64,000 nt of DNA from an uncultured Anaerolineaceae bacterium (lineage in GTDB: Bacteria; Chloroflexota; Anaerolineae; Anaerolineales; Villigracilaceae). The notes under the pieces were generated by a model, which did no database searches, was not told the origin of the DNA, and worked only from the letters and a program-made list of their open reading frames with translations. The stretch spans positions 6,914-70,913 of the forward strand of contig CAYLXB010000003.1 of the NCBI GenBank assembly GCA_964387495.1. Reading direction: 5' to 3'. The position numbers and the translations under genes were made by a program. Positions 35,961-47,928 of the stretch are shown piece by piece; the first letter of the stretch is position 1; each line of letters begins with the position of its first letter.

Positions 35961-36032
35961 ATCTCGACGCTGGAGAGCAGATTGTGGACGGCCATCCAGG
36001 ATTTGTCTCTCTTCGTCAGTCCGGAGGCAGGT

Positions 36033-37091
36033 ATGTTGGAAAAAATTAACCAAATTACGGCAGATGCGCTCGAGGCCTTGCAGTCTGTCAAGGAGGATGC
36101 CGCGCTGGAGCAGTGGCGCATCGCCCACCTGGGACGCAGTTCGGCGCTCATGCAGGTCTTCAGCGGGTTTGGTGCCCTTTCCAAAGAAGAGCGCCCGCTG
36201 ATGGGACAGGCGGCCAACAAAGCCAAGCAGACCCTGGAAGCGGCATTTGCCGAACGGGCGAAGGCCATTAAAGAATCGGACCTGGCGCGTGCACTGGAGG
36301 AAGATGTGCTGGATGTGACCCTGCCCGGACGTGACTTCAAGCACGGCCGGCTGCACCCATCCACCCAGACCATGCGGCGCGTGCTGGCCATCCTGGCCGA
36401 GATGGGTTTCCAGGTCTTCACCTCGCGTGAGGTCGAGACGGATGAGGTCAACTTCCAGTTGCTGAACTTCCCGCCGCACCACCCGGCGCGGGACATGCAG
36501 GATACCCTCTACCTCGAAAGCGAAGGCCGCGGCGATAACCCGCTTGTGTTGAAGACTCATACCTCCCCCGGGCAAATCCGTTCGATGCGGCATTTCGCGG
36601 CGCTGGACCCGGCCAACCCGCCGCCGATCCGGATTGCCCTGCCGGGGATGTGTTTTCGTGCCGAGCAGATCACGGCCCGCTCCGAGGTGCAGTTCAACCA
36701 GATCGAGGGCCTGGCGGTGGGAGAGGGCATCACTTACACCGACTTGAAAGGTACCCTGGCCGATTTCGCCCGCCGCATGTTCGGCCAGAACGCACACGTG
36801 CGCTTCCGGGCCTCGTACTTCCCCTTTACCGAACCAAGCGCCGAGGTGGATGTGGAATGCTTTGTCTGCGGCGGCAAGGGCTGCCAGGTCTGCAAGCAGT
36901 CGGGCTGGCTGGAGGTCCTGGGCTGCGGCATGGTGCATCCGGTCGTACTGCAGAACGGCGGCTACGACCCGCGCCGTTACACGGGGTACGCCTTTGGCAT
37001 GGGCCCCGAACGCCAGGCCATGCTGCGTTATCGTATCAATGATATTCGTTACTTCTGGGGAAACGATGTGCGTTTCCTCGAGCAATTCTAG
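36033..37091 (+). CDS. pheS: Phenylalanine--tRNA ligase alpha subunit
   Basis: A GGAGG RBS precedes the start and there is full-length class II aaRS homology (FPPHHPARDMQDT, motifs 2 and 3). An in-frame upstream extension to 35943 is unlikely. Confidence 0.9.
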   Translation: MLEKINQITADALEALQSVKEDAALEQWRIAHLGRSSALMQVFSGFGALSKEERPLMGQAANKAKQTLEAAFAERAKAIKESDLARALEEDVLDVTLPGRDFKHGRLHPSTQTMRRVLAILAEMGFQVFTSREVETDEVNFQLLNFPPHHPARDMQDTLYLESEGRGDNPLVLKTHTSPGQIRSMRHFAALDPANPPPIRIALPGMCFRAEQITARSEVQFNQIEGLAVGEGITYTDLKGTLADFARRMFGQNAHVRFRASYFPFTEPSAEVDVECFVCGGKGCQVCKQSGWLEVLGCGMVHPVVLQNGGYDPRRYTGYAFGMGPERQAMLRYRINDIRYFWGNDVRFLEQF

Positions 37092-37100
37092 GAGGCCGGC

Positions 37101-39617
37101 ATGAAGGTACCCCTTTCCTGGCTCAAAGATTTCGTTGACATCAATCTCTCTGTCGAGGACCTGGCCCGCAAACTGACTGCGGCCGGGCTGGAAGTGGATG
37201 GCATCCGTTATGCGGGTCATCCGATGCCGGAAGCCAAACCCGGCGAAAGGCGCGAGTTCAAGACCGAAGGCATCAGTTGGGACCGCGAGAAACTGGTGGT
37301 GGCTGAGATTTATGAAGTCATGCCGCATCCCAATGCCGACCGGCTGGTGCTGTGCGACCTGTTCGACGGCAAGGAAAAACACATCGTGTTGACCGGCGCA
37401 CCCAACCTGCACCCTTACCGCGGCCAGGGAAAACTCCCCAGGCCCATCAAGGTGGCTTATGCCAAAGAGGGCGCCACGCTCTATGATGGCCATGCGGATG
37501 GGCAGACCCTGATGACGCTCAAACGTACCAAGATCCGCGGCGTCGATTCTTATTCGATGGCCTGTTCCGAGAAGGAACTCGGTATCTCCGATGACCACGA
37601 GGGGATCATCTTCCTGGATGATGACGCCCGGCCGGGTACGCCGCTGGCGGATTACATGGGCGATGTGGTCTTCGACATCTCGATTTTGCCGAACATGGCC
37701 CGCTGTGCAAACATCCTTGGGATTGCGCGCGAGGTGGCTGCGCTCACCGGCCAGCCTCTGAAGAAACCGGAAGTGCGGCTGCAAACCGGGGGAAGCCCGG
37801 TCCAGGACCTGGTCGGGATCAAAATCGAAAACCCGGAATTGAACCCGCGCTTTGTGCTGGGATTGATCCGGGATGTCGAAATCAAACCCAGCCCCTACTG
37901 GGTCCAGCGCCGCCTGCGGCTGGCTGGCATACTCGCCATCAGCAATATCGTGGATGCCACCAACTACGGCATGCTCGAGATCGGCGAGCCGCTGCATGCC
38001 TTCGACTACGATGTGCTGGCCAGGCGTGCCGGGGGCAAGCCGGTCACCATTCTCACCCGCACGGCTGCAGATGGTGAAAAACTGACCACCCTGGACGGCG
38101 TGGAGCGCAAACTTTCCCCCAGCAACGTGCTGGTATGCGACACGGCCGGGGCGCTTTCCCTGGCAGGTGTGATGGGCGGGCAGGAAAGCGAGATCACGGA
38201 CTCGACCCGCAATATCCTGCTGGAGGGAGCCGCCTGGAACTTCATCAACATCCGGCGGACGGCGCGTGAGCATGCCCTGCCCTCCGAGGCTTCCTACCGC
38301 TTCTCGCGGGGCGTTCACCCGGCCCTGGCAGACCTGGGCGTGCGCCGCTGCCTGGAATGGATGGCTGCCTGGTCCGGGGGTGTCGTGGCTCCCGGCCTGG
38401 TGGATGCCTACCCGCTGCCGCCCCATGACCCCCTGGTGGAGGTTACGCCCGGAGATGTCAAACGCCTGCTGGGCATCGACTTGACCGCCGGCCAGATTGC
38501 CGAACTGCTCTCCCGGGTGGAGTTCGAGTGCAAGGTGGAAGCCGGGAAGGTAAGCGTCAAGACCCCGCCCTACCGCATGGATATCGGGGAGGGTGTGGTG
38601 GGCCTGGCCGACGTGCTGGAGGAGGTGGCGCGCTTGTACGGGATCGAAAACATCCCTGAGACGCGCATGGCGGACCCGCTTCCGCCGCAGGTGGGCAACC
38701 CGGCCTATGAAAAGGAAGAGCACCTGCGCGACATCCTGGTTAACCTGGGCCTGCAGGAGGTCATCACATACCGCCCGACTTCTCTGGAACGTGAGGCCCG
38801 CCTGGGGCTGGGTGAAGCCTGCGTGCGCATTGCCAACCCGGTGGCCCCCGAGCGTTCCATCCTGCGCCGCAGCCTGCTGGCCTCGGTGCTGGATGTGACC
38901 GAGAAAAATATCCGCCTGGGTGAAAGCCTGGCTTTCTTCGAGACCGGGCCGGTCTTCCTGCCGCGCGGTAATGACCTGCCGGACGAGCCTTGCAAGCTTG
39001 CCATTGTCTTGACCGGAAAACGCTACCCGGATTCATGGGACAGCAAGACGGACGCCAGCCTGGATTTTTATGACCTGAAGGGCGTTCTTTCTGCCATGCT
39101 GGATGCACTCCTGCTGCGCGGCGTGGTTTACGAACCGGTGAGCGACAACCCGGTTTACCATCCCGGCAAGTGCGCGCGTGTGTCCTACAATGAGCAGACG
39201 CTGGGCGTGTTCGGTGAACTGCACCCGGTAGTCAAGTCGCGCTATGAGTTTGGGAATGCCCCCGTGCTGGCGGCTGAATTCGACCTGGATGTCCTGATCT
39301 CGGCGGCACCGGTTTATTCGATCCGGCCTGTGCCTGAATTCCCGCCGGTGCTGGAAGATATAGCCGTGGTGGTCGGCGAGGATGTGCCGGCGGCCCGGGT
39401 CGAGGCGCTCATCCGCCAGACCGGCGGCAGGATGGTCACGGCCGTCCGGCTGTTCGATGTCTTTCGCGGCGAACAGATCGGCGCGGGCAGGAAGTCGCTG
39501 GCCTACAGCCTGACCTACCAGGCGGACAAGACCCTGACCGACGAAGAAGTTGCCACCCTGCGCAACAAGATCGTCAGAAGGTTGCAGCAGGAACTGGGAG
39601 CGACATTGCGGGCATAG
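37101..39617 (+). CDS. pheT: Phenylalanine--tRNA ligase beta subunit
   Basis: The product begins MKVPLSWLKDFVD, has a tRNA-binding domain followed by B3/4 and B5 domains, and carries a C-terminal anticodon-binding domain. Confidence 0.9.
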   Translation: MKVPLSWLKDFVDINLSVEDLARKLTAAGLEVDGIRYAGHPMPEAKPGERREFKTEGISWDREKLVVAEIYEVMPHPNADRLVLCDLFDGKEKHIVLTGAPNLHPYRGQGKLPRPIKVAYAKEGATLYDGHADGQTLMTLKRTKIRGVDSYSMACSEKELGISDDHEGIIFLDDDARPGTPLADYMGDVVFDISILPNMARCANILGIAREVAALTGQPLKKPEVRLQTGGSPVQDLVGIKIENPELNPRFVLGLIRDVEIKPSPYWVQRRLRLAGILAISNIVDATNYGMLEIGEPLHAFDYDVLARRAGGKPVTILTRTAADGEKLTTLDGVERKLSPSNVLVCDTAGALSLAGVMGGQESEITDSTRNILLEGAAWNFINIRRTAREHALPSEASYRFSRGVHPALADLGVRRCLEWMAAWSGGVVAPGLVDAYPLPPHDPLVEVTPGDVKRLLGIDLTAGQIAELLSRVEFECKVEAGKVSVKTPPYRMDIGEGVVGLADVLEEVARLYGIENIPETRMADPLPPQVGNPAYEKEEHLRDILVNLGLQEVITYRPTSLEREARLGLGEACVRIANPVAPERSILRRSLLASVLDVTEKNIRLGESLAFFETGPVFLPRGNDLPDEPCKLAIVLTGKRYPDSWDSKTDASLDFYDLKGVLSAMLDALLLRGVVYEPVSDNPVYHPGKCARVSYNEQTLGVFGELHPVVKSRYEFGNAPVLAAEFDLDVLISAAPVYSIRPVPEFPPVLEDIAVVVGEDVPAARVEALIRQTGGRMVTAVRLFDVFRGEQIGAGRKSLAYSLTYQADKTLTDEEVATLRNKIVRRLQQELGATLRA

Positions 39618-39625
39618 AACCAGGC

Positions 39626-39670
39626 GGCTGCCCGGCAGTATGCCTGCCGGGCAGCCGTTGTATTCTTTGA
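39626..39670 (+). terminator. Rho-independent terminator after pheT
   Basis: ggctgcccggcag-tatgc-ctgccgggcagcc is a perfect 13-bp stem, followed by gttgtattcttt. Confidence 0.75.
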
Positions 39671-39834
39671 TCGTTGTCCCGGTAGGGCGGCCCTGGCTTT
39701 CCACCAAAAGCACTATTGAAAAGGAGTAGTGCTTGGGTTTTATTTATGCTATACTAAAAATCAAATTGGCCCATTCTCCAGGATGTTTCTCGAGGCGGGC
39801 CAACCTGTTTCCACCACTTTCTGAGAGGAGAAGT

Positions 39835-40605
39835 ATGAACGCCAACGTTTTCAAACCATTTTTGTTCCTGCTGGCAGTTGTCCTGGTGGTTGGACTGGCC
39901 TGCACGCCCACAACGCCGGCCAAGGAGGACACCCCGCCGCCCGCGCAGGTACAGCCGACCGAGGTGCCCCCGGTACAGGTGCAGCCGACCACTCCGCCTC
40001 AGCCAACAGCACCGCCGCCCCCCAGCGCGGAGAAGTTCTTTACGGAGAATTTCGACGGGACCATGGATGCCTGGGATGTCTTTCAGACAAGCGGCGAAGA
40101 GGGTGACTATGACCTGTCGGTCAAGGATGGCAGGATGGTCTTCGAAATGCTCGAACGGCAGGTGTGGCTGTATGCACTTTACACGCCTCAAACCTATCGG
40201 GATGTGAGGATCGATGTAAGCGTGGAAAACCGCGGTGACAACGAGAACAACATCAGCCTTCTTTGCCGCTACAACGAAGACGAAGGCTGGTATGAGTTCA
40301 ATATCGCCAACAACGGCCTGTACGATATCCTGTATGGAAAATGGGATACGGGCAAGCGCCGCGCCAGTTATGTCCGGATTGCAGATGGAGGTTCGAATCG
40401 TATCAACCAGGGCAAGGACGTGAATGAATATACGATCATCTGCAAAGAACGGACCCTGACCCTCTACATCAACGGAACGAAGACCCGCGAAGTTGACGAT
40501 AATCAATTCGTCCTGCGTGATGGGATGATCGGTATCAGCGCCTCTTCCTTCAGGCGCCTCCCTGTAAAAGTGGAGTATGACTGGGTCAAGATTTCGGAGC
40601 CGTGA
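39835..40605 (+). CDS. Secreted lipoprotein with a Pro/Thr-rich linker and a LamG/DUF1080-like jelly-roll domain
   Basis: An RBS (GAGAGGAG) precedes the start. The product has a lipobox (VGLACTPT), a PT-rich linker and a beta-rich domain (VKDGRMVFEM...YRDVRIDVSVEN...LLCRYNEDEGWYEF). Confidence 0.55.
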   Translation: MNANVFKPFLFLLAVVLVVGLACTPTTPAKEDTPPPAQVQPTEVPPVQVQPTTPPQPTAPPPPSAEKFFTENFDGTMDAWDVFQTSGEEGDYDLSVKDGRMVFEMLERQVWLYALYTPQTYRDVRIDVSVENRGDNENNISLLCRYNEDEGWYEFNIANNGLYDILYGKWDTGKRRASYVRIADGGSNRINQGKDVNEYTIICKERTLTLYINGTKTREVDDNQFVLRDGMIGISASSFRRLPVKVEYDWVKISEP

Positions 40606-40623
40606 TCGTCATAAGGTTGCTCC

Positions 40624-40652
40624 AGCCGCCCCGCCCGGGGCGGCTTTTTTGT
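40624..40652 (+). terminator. Rho-independent terminator
   Basis: agccgccccg-cccg-gggcggct is followed by TTTTTTgttgttt. Confidence 0.8.
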
Positions 40653-40776
40653 TGTTTGACGTTTTTTCTACACAGTGTTAACGTTTTTCTTGCACACATC
40701 AGTTATCCTATGGCAGGCTGGTCTTCAAGGCCAGGCATGAATTATCAATAATCACGACTTTGTCATAGGAGTTACG

Positions 40777-42689
<1,913 letters not shown>

Positions 42690-42757
42690 CACTTACACTG
42701 CATACCGGCGAGCGGACTTCGCACAGAAGCCCGCTCGTTTTGATTTATAATCCGCCC

Positions 42758-44062
42758 ATGTCCAAACGTTCGAAACGCATCCTTTTGATTGTCCTGGGGC
42801 TGCCGGCCCTGCTGGTGGCTGTTTACTTTCTCCCGCCCGTGCATGCGCGCCTGGCCTGGCGGGTGGCCGAGTTGCGCACGGCGATCGTCTATTTTTTCAA
42901 TCCCCCTGAACAGGTCACCTTCCAGCCCGAACAAGGCGCCCAGATCCAGACTGTTGTGGCTGCCACGATGCAGGCGATTCAGACGGCATCTGTGCCCACC
43001 TCCACACCCCGTCCGACGGCCGGCCCGACGCAGGTGCCGACTGTCACCCCCACGCCGCTGCCTGAAGCGGTCTCACTGCCGGGCGTGAAATACGAACACC
43101 AGCATGGGCGCTGGAACTACTGCGGCCCGGCCAATTTTTCCATGGCCTTGACGTTCTGGGGGTGGGATGGCAACCGGGATGTGATCGGGCAGACGCTCAA
43201 ACCCAATGACAAGGACAAAAACGTCATGCCCTATGAACTGCAGGACTTTGTTAATGAAAGTGTGCCGGGTATGAAGATGGCGGTGCGCATGGGCGGCGAG
43301 TCAGCCCTGCTCAAGCGCCTGATCGCGGGCGGATACCCGGTGGTCATTGAGAAGGGGTATTACGAAGCTGATTACACCGGCAAGGTGGCCTGGATGGGGC
43401 ATTATCTGTTCGTCACCGGTTACGATGACGCGCAGGGTGTGTTCATCGGGCAGGATACCTACCTGGAGCCGGGCGAGGACCGCCCAACGGAATATGCCGC
43501 TTTCGACCAGGAATGGCGCTCGTTCAACTACCTTTTCTTTGTTATCTATCCACAGGAGCGCGAGTTGGAGGTGTTTCGCCTGCTTGGCCCCTGGGCGGAC
43601 GAGATCTGGTCGTACCAGCATGCCCTGGACATTGCCCGCGTCGAGGCCGCACAGTTGAGCGGTGTGGATCAGTTTTTTGCCCAATTCAACCTTGGCACAA
43701 GTTACACCAGGCTCCAGCAGTATGCAGAAGGCTCATTCGCGTATGACCAGGCTTTTGCGGATTACAACGCCCTGCCGGATGACGGCACGCGCCCCTACCG
43801 CATGCTGTGGTACCAGACCTGGCCTTACTGGGCGTATTACTACAGTGTCCGCTACCAGGATGTCGTCAGCCTGGCCAACACGACTTTGAATGATACGATT
43901 GCCGAACCCGTACTGGAAGAAAGCCTGTACTGGCGCGGCATGGGCGAGTACGCACTGGGGAACGTCCAGCCGGCCATCGACGATTTCCGGGCGGCGCTGC
44001 GCATCAATCCCACTTTCGTTGCCGCCGTGATCGCCCTGCAGAATATGGGCGTCCAGCCGTAA
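42758..44062 (+). CDS. Peptidase C39-like domain protein with C-terminal TPR-like repeats
   Basis: The product has an N-terminal TM, a PT-rich linker, a C39_2-like core (NYCGPANFSMAL...GHYLFVTGYDD) and a C-terminal helical-repeat region. The ORF is open from 42740. Confidence 0.55.
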   Translation: MSKRSKRILLIVLGLPALLVAVYFLPPVHARLAWRVAELRTAIVYFFNPPEQVTFQPEQGAQIQTVVAATMQAIQTASVPTSTPRPTAGPTQVPTVTPTPLPEAVSLPGVKYEHQHGRWNYCGPANFSMALTFWGWDGNRDVIGQTLKPNDKDKNVMPYELQDFVNESVPGMKMAVRMGGESALLKRLIAGGYPVVIEKGYYEADYTGKVAWMGHYLFVTGYDDAQGVFIGQDTYLEPGEDRPTEYAAFDQEWRSFNYLFFVIYPQERELEVFRLLGPWADEIWSYQHALDIARVEAAQLSGVDQFFAQFNLGTSYTRLQQYAEGSFAYDQAFADYNALPDDGTRPYRMLWYQTWPYWAYYYSVRYQDVVSLANTTLNDTIAEPVLEESLYWRGMGEYALGNVQPAIDDFRAALRINPTFVAAVIALQNMGVQP

Positions 44063-44095
44063 AAGGATCTCACCCAACGAGACAGGCACCTGACC

Positions 44096-45325
44096 ATGAA
44101 ACTCTTGCATTTTGCCGACGCTCACATTGACATGGCCAACTATGGCCGCCATGACCCGCAAAGCGGCCTGCCGCTGCGCGTGCTGGATTTTCTCAAGTCA
44201 CTGGATACGATCGTGGATACGGCCATCGCAGAGAAGGTGGATGCAGTCATCTTTGCCGGGGATGCATATAAAGACCGCTCTCCGGCTCCGACCTTCCAGC
44301 GGGAGTGGGGGAAACGCCTTGTGCGCCTTTCCCAGGCGCATATCCCGACCCTGCTGCTGATTGGCAACCATGACCTTTCACCGGCCGCGGGGCGGGCCCA
44401 TGCCGTCCAGGAGTTCGATACCCTGCAGGTCCCGTATGTGCGTGTGCTGGACAGGCCCCAATTCCTCGGCCCGGATGAACTGTTCGGTCTGCCCCTGCAG
44501 GTGATTGCCATCCCGTATGTTGCACGTTCCGGGCTGATGGCCGCACTCGGCTTGAGCGGTGCGGACCCATCCGCAGTGTACGAGCAGTTGGAAGAGCGCC
44601 TGACCGCGCTCGTGCAGGGCTGGCTTGAAGCGGCAGATGCCTCCCTGCCGGTCGTCATGACCGCGCATGCCTCCGTCCAGGGGGCGAAATACGGCAGTGA
44701 GCGTTCGGTCATGCTCGGTTCGGACCTGGTTTTGCCCGGCTCCCTGGTGCGGGACACGCGGCTGGACTACGTGGCGCTGGGCCACATCCACAAGCCGCAG
44801 AACCTGAACGAGGGCGGCCAGCCGCCGGTGGTTTATCCTGGCTCCATCGAGCGTGTGGACTTTGGGGAAGCAGGGGATGACAAGTTTTTTGTGATCGCGG
44901 AGGTTGCGAAGCAAAATACGAAAATCCGCTGGGTGGAACTGGCCGGAACGCGTGTTTTTATTGACCGCCGCGTCCTCCTCGAGTCTGCCGAGAATGTGAC
45001 CGCGGTGCTCAAATCTGCCCTGCCGGCGCAAAAGATGCTCCGGGATGCGATCGTCCGCCTGACGGTCGAGTATCCGCGTGAGTGGGATACATTGATCGAT
45101 GAGCCTGCCCTGCGCCAGCATGCGGCCGGCGCTTTCGAGTTCCATCTCATCAAGCGCCCGCAAACGGAGGCGCGCATCCGCCTGCCTGCCGACCAGACCG
45201 CGAGCAGCCTTTCTCCGCTCGAGCTGCTGGCGCAGTACTGGAAGGCGGTGCATGTTGACCCGGCCGAGGCCGGTGAATTGCAAAAACTGGCCCGGCAGAT
45301 CATGTCAGAGGAGCAGGATGGCTGA
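44096..45325 (+). CDS. Metallophosphoesterase, SbcD/Mre11-family nuclease-like
   Basis: The product has HFADAHID, FAGDAYKD, GNHD and LGHIHKPQ metallophosphatase motifs and a C-terminal capping-like domain. There is no adjacent sbcC. Confidence 0.65.
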   Translation: MKLLHFADAHIDMANYGRHDPQSGLPLRVLDFLKSLDTIVDTAIAEKVDAVIFAGDAYKDRSPAPTFQREWGKRLVRLSQAHIPTLLLIGNHDLSPAAGRAHAVQEFDTLQVPYVRVLDRPQFLGPDELFGLPLQVIAIPYVARSGLMAALGLSGADPSAVYEQLEERLTALVQGWLEAADASLPVVMTAHASVQGAKYGSERSVMLGSDLVLPGSLVRDTRLDYVALGHIHKPQNLNEGGQPPVVYPGSIERVDFGEAGDDKFFVIAEVAKQNTKIRWVELAGTRVFIDRRVLLESAENVTAVLKSALPAQKMLRDAIVRLTVEYPREWDTLIDEPALRQHAAGAFEFHLIKRPQTEARIRLPADQTASSLSPLELLAQYWKAVHVDPAEAGELQKLARQIMSEEQDG

Positions 45326-45411
45326 AGAAAGCCGCCAGCCTTTTTGTTTGACGCAGGTTGTTTTTTGTTGTAAACTGTTTTTCATATCCCGGATCAATTG
45401 ATGAGGTTTCC

Positions 45412-46716
45412 ATGCCAAAACAGTCCAAAGGTTACCGCTGGTTCGTAGTCGCCATTTTCTTCTTTTTTATGCTCCTGCACCAGACCGACAAGTTGATGAT
45501 CGGTTCCCTCCAGGTGGAGGTGAGCAAAACCTTTGGCCTGAATGATTTCCAATGGGGGTTGATCAATACGGGTGCCCTGGTGGTCGCCACCATCCTGTAC
45601 CCGGTCTGGGGTTACCTGTATGACCGCTACGCGCGTGCAAAGCTCCTGGCCCTGGCATCCTTTGTCTGGGGCGCCACCACCTGGCTGAGCGCGGTCGTGC
45701 GTACGTATCCGGCCTTCCTGGGGACGCGCGCCTCCACTGGGATCGATGACTCGTCCTACCCCGGCCTGTACAGCCTGGTGGCCGATTATTTTGGCCCGAC
45801 CCTGCGCGGCAAGGTATATGGCATTTTGCAGGTTGCCCAGCCGCTGGGTTACCTGTTTGGTATGATCCTTGCTCTGATGATCGCCCCGCAGATCGGCGGC
45901 TGGCGCTCCGCTTTTTACGTCACCGGCGGGCTGGGCCTGGTGATCGCGGCGGCGATCTTCTTCGGGGTGAAGGAAATGCCGCGCGGCAAGGCCGAACCCG
46001 AATTCGAGGGAATGACGGAGATCACGCATTTCCACTTCTCCTGGAAGGAGGCCAAACAGATCTTCAAGAAAAAGACCATGTGGTTCATCTTCCTGCAGGG
46101 CTTCATCGGCATGTTCCCCTGGAATGTGATCACCTATTTCTTCTTCGGCTACCTGATGACGGTGCGCGGTTACGATAACGATGCGGTCATGATGACCATG
46201 GCCCCCATTATCCTGATCCTGGCGGCGGGCTATTTCATCGGCGGAGCGGTGGGGGACTGGCTCTTCAAGCGCACACCCAAGGGCCGCGTGGCCATCTCCA
46301 TGGTCGGGGTGATCCTGGGGGCCATATTTATTTACCTGGCGCTGAACACACCCGTCGAGGCCCGCACGCAGTTTCTGGTTTTCATGTCCCTGACGGCCAT
46401 CTTCATGCCGTTCTCCTCTGCCAACGTGATTGCCACCGTCTATGATGTGACGGTGCCCGAAGTTCGTTCCACAGCCCAGGCGGTGGAGTATTTCATCGAA
46501 AACAGCGGCGCGGCCCTGGCGCCCCTGCTGGCGGGGGCGGTCTCACTGGCCTTCGGATTGGAGGCTGCCATCCTGTGGATTTGCGTGGGGGCCTGGCTGC
46601 TGTGCTTTGTCTTTTATCTTGGGACGCTCTTTTTTGTGGACCGGGATATCCACAGCCTGCGCGCCGAAATGGCGGCACGCGCGGCCCGGGAAGCAAACAG
46701 GCAGGGGAGCCTCTAG
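45412..46716 (+). CDS. MFS transporter
   Basis: The product has 12 predicted TM segments and an MFS signature region (GYLYDRYARAK). Confidence 0.8.
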   Translation: MPKQSKGYRWFVVAIFFFFMLLHQTDKLMIGSLQVEVSKTFGLNDFQWGLINTGALVVATILYPVWGYLYDRYARAKLLALASFVWGATTWLSAVVRTYPAFLGTRASTGIDDSSYPGLYSLVADYFGPTLRGKVYGILQVAQPLGYLFGMILALMIAPQIGGWRSAFYVTGGLGLVIAAAIFFGVKEMPRGKAEPEFEGMTEITHFHFSWKEAKQIFKKKTMWFIFLQGFIGMFPWNVITYFFFGYLMTVRGYDNDAVMMTMAPIILILAAGYFIGGAVGDWLFKRTPKGRVAISMVGVILGAIFIYLALNTPVEARTQFLVFMSLTAIFMPFSSANVIATVYDVTVPEVRSTAQAVEYFIENSGAALAPLLAGAVSLAFGLEAAILWICVGAWLLCFVFYLGTLFFVDRDIHSLRAEMAARAAREANRQGSL

Positions 46717-46762
46717 GAAAGACGACAATGACAGCGGGGGCCGCCATTGCTTTTTATCAGGT

Positions 46763-47887
46763 ATGGACACCTTTCAGGTCGATCCCGGCAACAGGAAACA
46801 GGCCCAGGACTTTCTGGCCCTGCCTTTCCGCCTGTACCGGGACAATCCCTGCTGGGTGCCGCCCCTGGCAGGCGAAGCCCGGCTGGCGTTGGACCGGAAG
46901 CACTTCCCGTTTTACCGCCATTCCGAGGCGGCTTTTTTTCTGGCCTGCCGGGCCGGGCGGACGGTGGGCCGCATTGCGGTGCTGGATAACAGTGTTTTCA
47001 ATGAGTTCAATCACCTGAGGACGGCTTTTTTCAACCTGTTCGAATGTGAAGAAAATCCGCAGGCCGCCGCCGGCCTGTTCAACGCCGCGTTCGAGTGGGC
47101 ACGGGGGCGCGGCCTGGACCGGATGATCGGCCCGCATGGCTTTGGGCCGCTGGACGGCAATGGGATGCTGGTACAGGGCTTTGACCGCATCCAGCCTTTT
47201 GGGATGGCTTATAACCCTTCCTATTATGTGACATTGGTTGAAGCGCAGGGGTTTCGCCCGCTGCGCGAGTCGGCTTCCGGTTATATGAACGCAGCCACCT
47301 GGAGCCTGCCGCAGCGCATCCACGAACTCTCGGCGCGCCTCCAGGAGCGGCGCGGCCTGCACATTAAAAACTTCCGCTCGCAGCGTGAACTGCGTTTCAT
47401 TCTCCCGTATTTGAAGGAACTCTATAACGGCGCGCTGGGGGGAACGCGGGATAATTTCCCGTTGTCGGATGCAGACATGAACAGCCTGGCCAGGCAATTG
47501 CTCTGGCTGACCGATCCGCGCCTGATCAAACTGGTCATGAAGGGAGAAAAGCCTATTGGTTTCCTGATCGCCTATCCCAACGTCACCCGCAGCCTGCAAA
47601 AGACGGGTGGGCGGCTCTTCCCCTTCGGCTGGCTGACCCTGCTGCGCGCCCTGAAAACCACCGACTGGGTGGATTTGAATGGCGTTGGTATGTTGGATGA
47701 ATACCGCGGTATCGGCGGCACGGCCATCCTGTTCAGCGAAATGGAAAAGTCTGCCGTCTCCACCGGACAGTTCCAGCATGCGTATGTGGTCCAGATTGGC
47801 ATGGAGAATGAAAATATGCAGCGCGAGTTGAGCAAACTGGGCATCAATTTTTGTGTTATGCACCGCTCCTATGAGCGGGATTTGTAA
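46763..47887 (+). CDS. GNAT-fold acyltransferase-like protein (large, two-lobed)
   Basis: The product is 374 aa. The N-terminal lobe (RIAVLDNSVFNEFNHLRTAFFNLFECE) and the C-terminal lobe (VGMLDEYRGIGGTAILFSEM) are both acetyltransferase-like. Confidence 0.5.
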   Translation: MDTFQVDPGNRKQAQDFLALPFRLYRDNPCWVPPLAGEARLALDRKHFPFYRHSEAAFFLACRAGRTVGRIAVLDNSVFNEFNHLRTAFFNLFECEENPQAAAGLFNAAFEWARGRGLDRMIGPHGFGPLDGNGMLVQGFDRIQPFGMAYNPSYYVTLVEAQGFRPLRESASGYMNAATWSLPQRIHELSARLQERRGLHIKNFRSQRELRFILPYLKELYNGALGGTRDNFPLSDADMNSLARQLLWLTDPRLIKLVMKGEKPIGFLIAYPNVTRSLQKTGGRLFPFGWLTLLRALKTTDWVDLNGVGMLDEYRGIGGTAILFSEMEKSAVSTGQFQHAYVVQIGMENENMQRELSKLGINFCVMHRSYERDL

Positions 47888-47928
47888 ATTCTGTGCCCTT
47901 TATAAAAATTACTTATTTGGAGGACAAA

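Noticed and set aside
35943-36032. N-terminal extension of pheS to 35943 (382 aa)
   Set aside because: The extension would run through the T-box terminator and lacks an RBS. The ATG at 36033 has a GGAGG Shine-Dalgarno and gives a canonical PheS N-terminus.
35688-38723. 1011-aa minus-strand ORF
   Set aside because: It is Gly/Ala/Arg/Val-rich with no recognisable domains. It is entirely antisense to the T-box leader, pheS and pheT, whose products have unambiguous homology. It is a high-GC shadow ORF.
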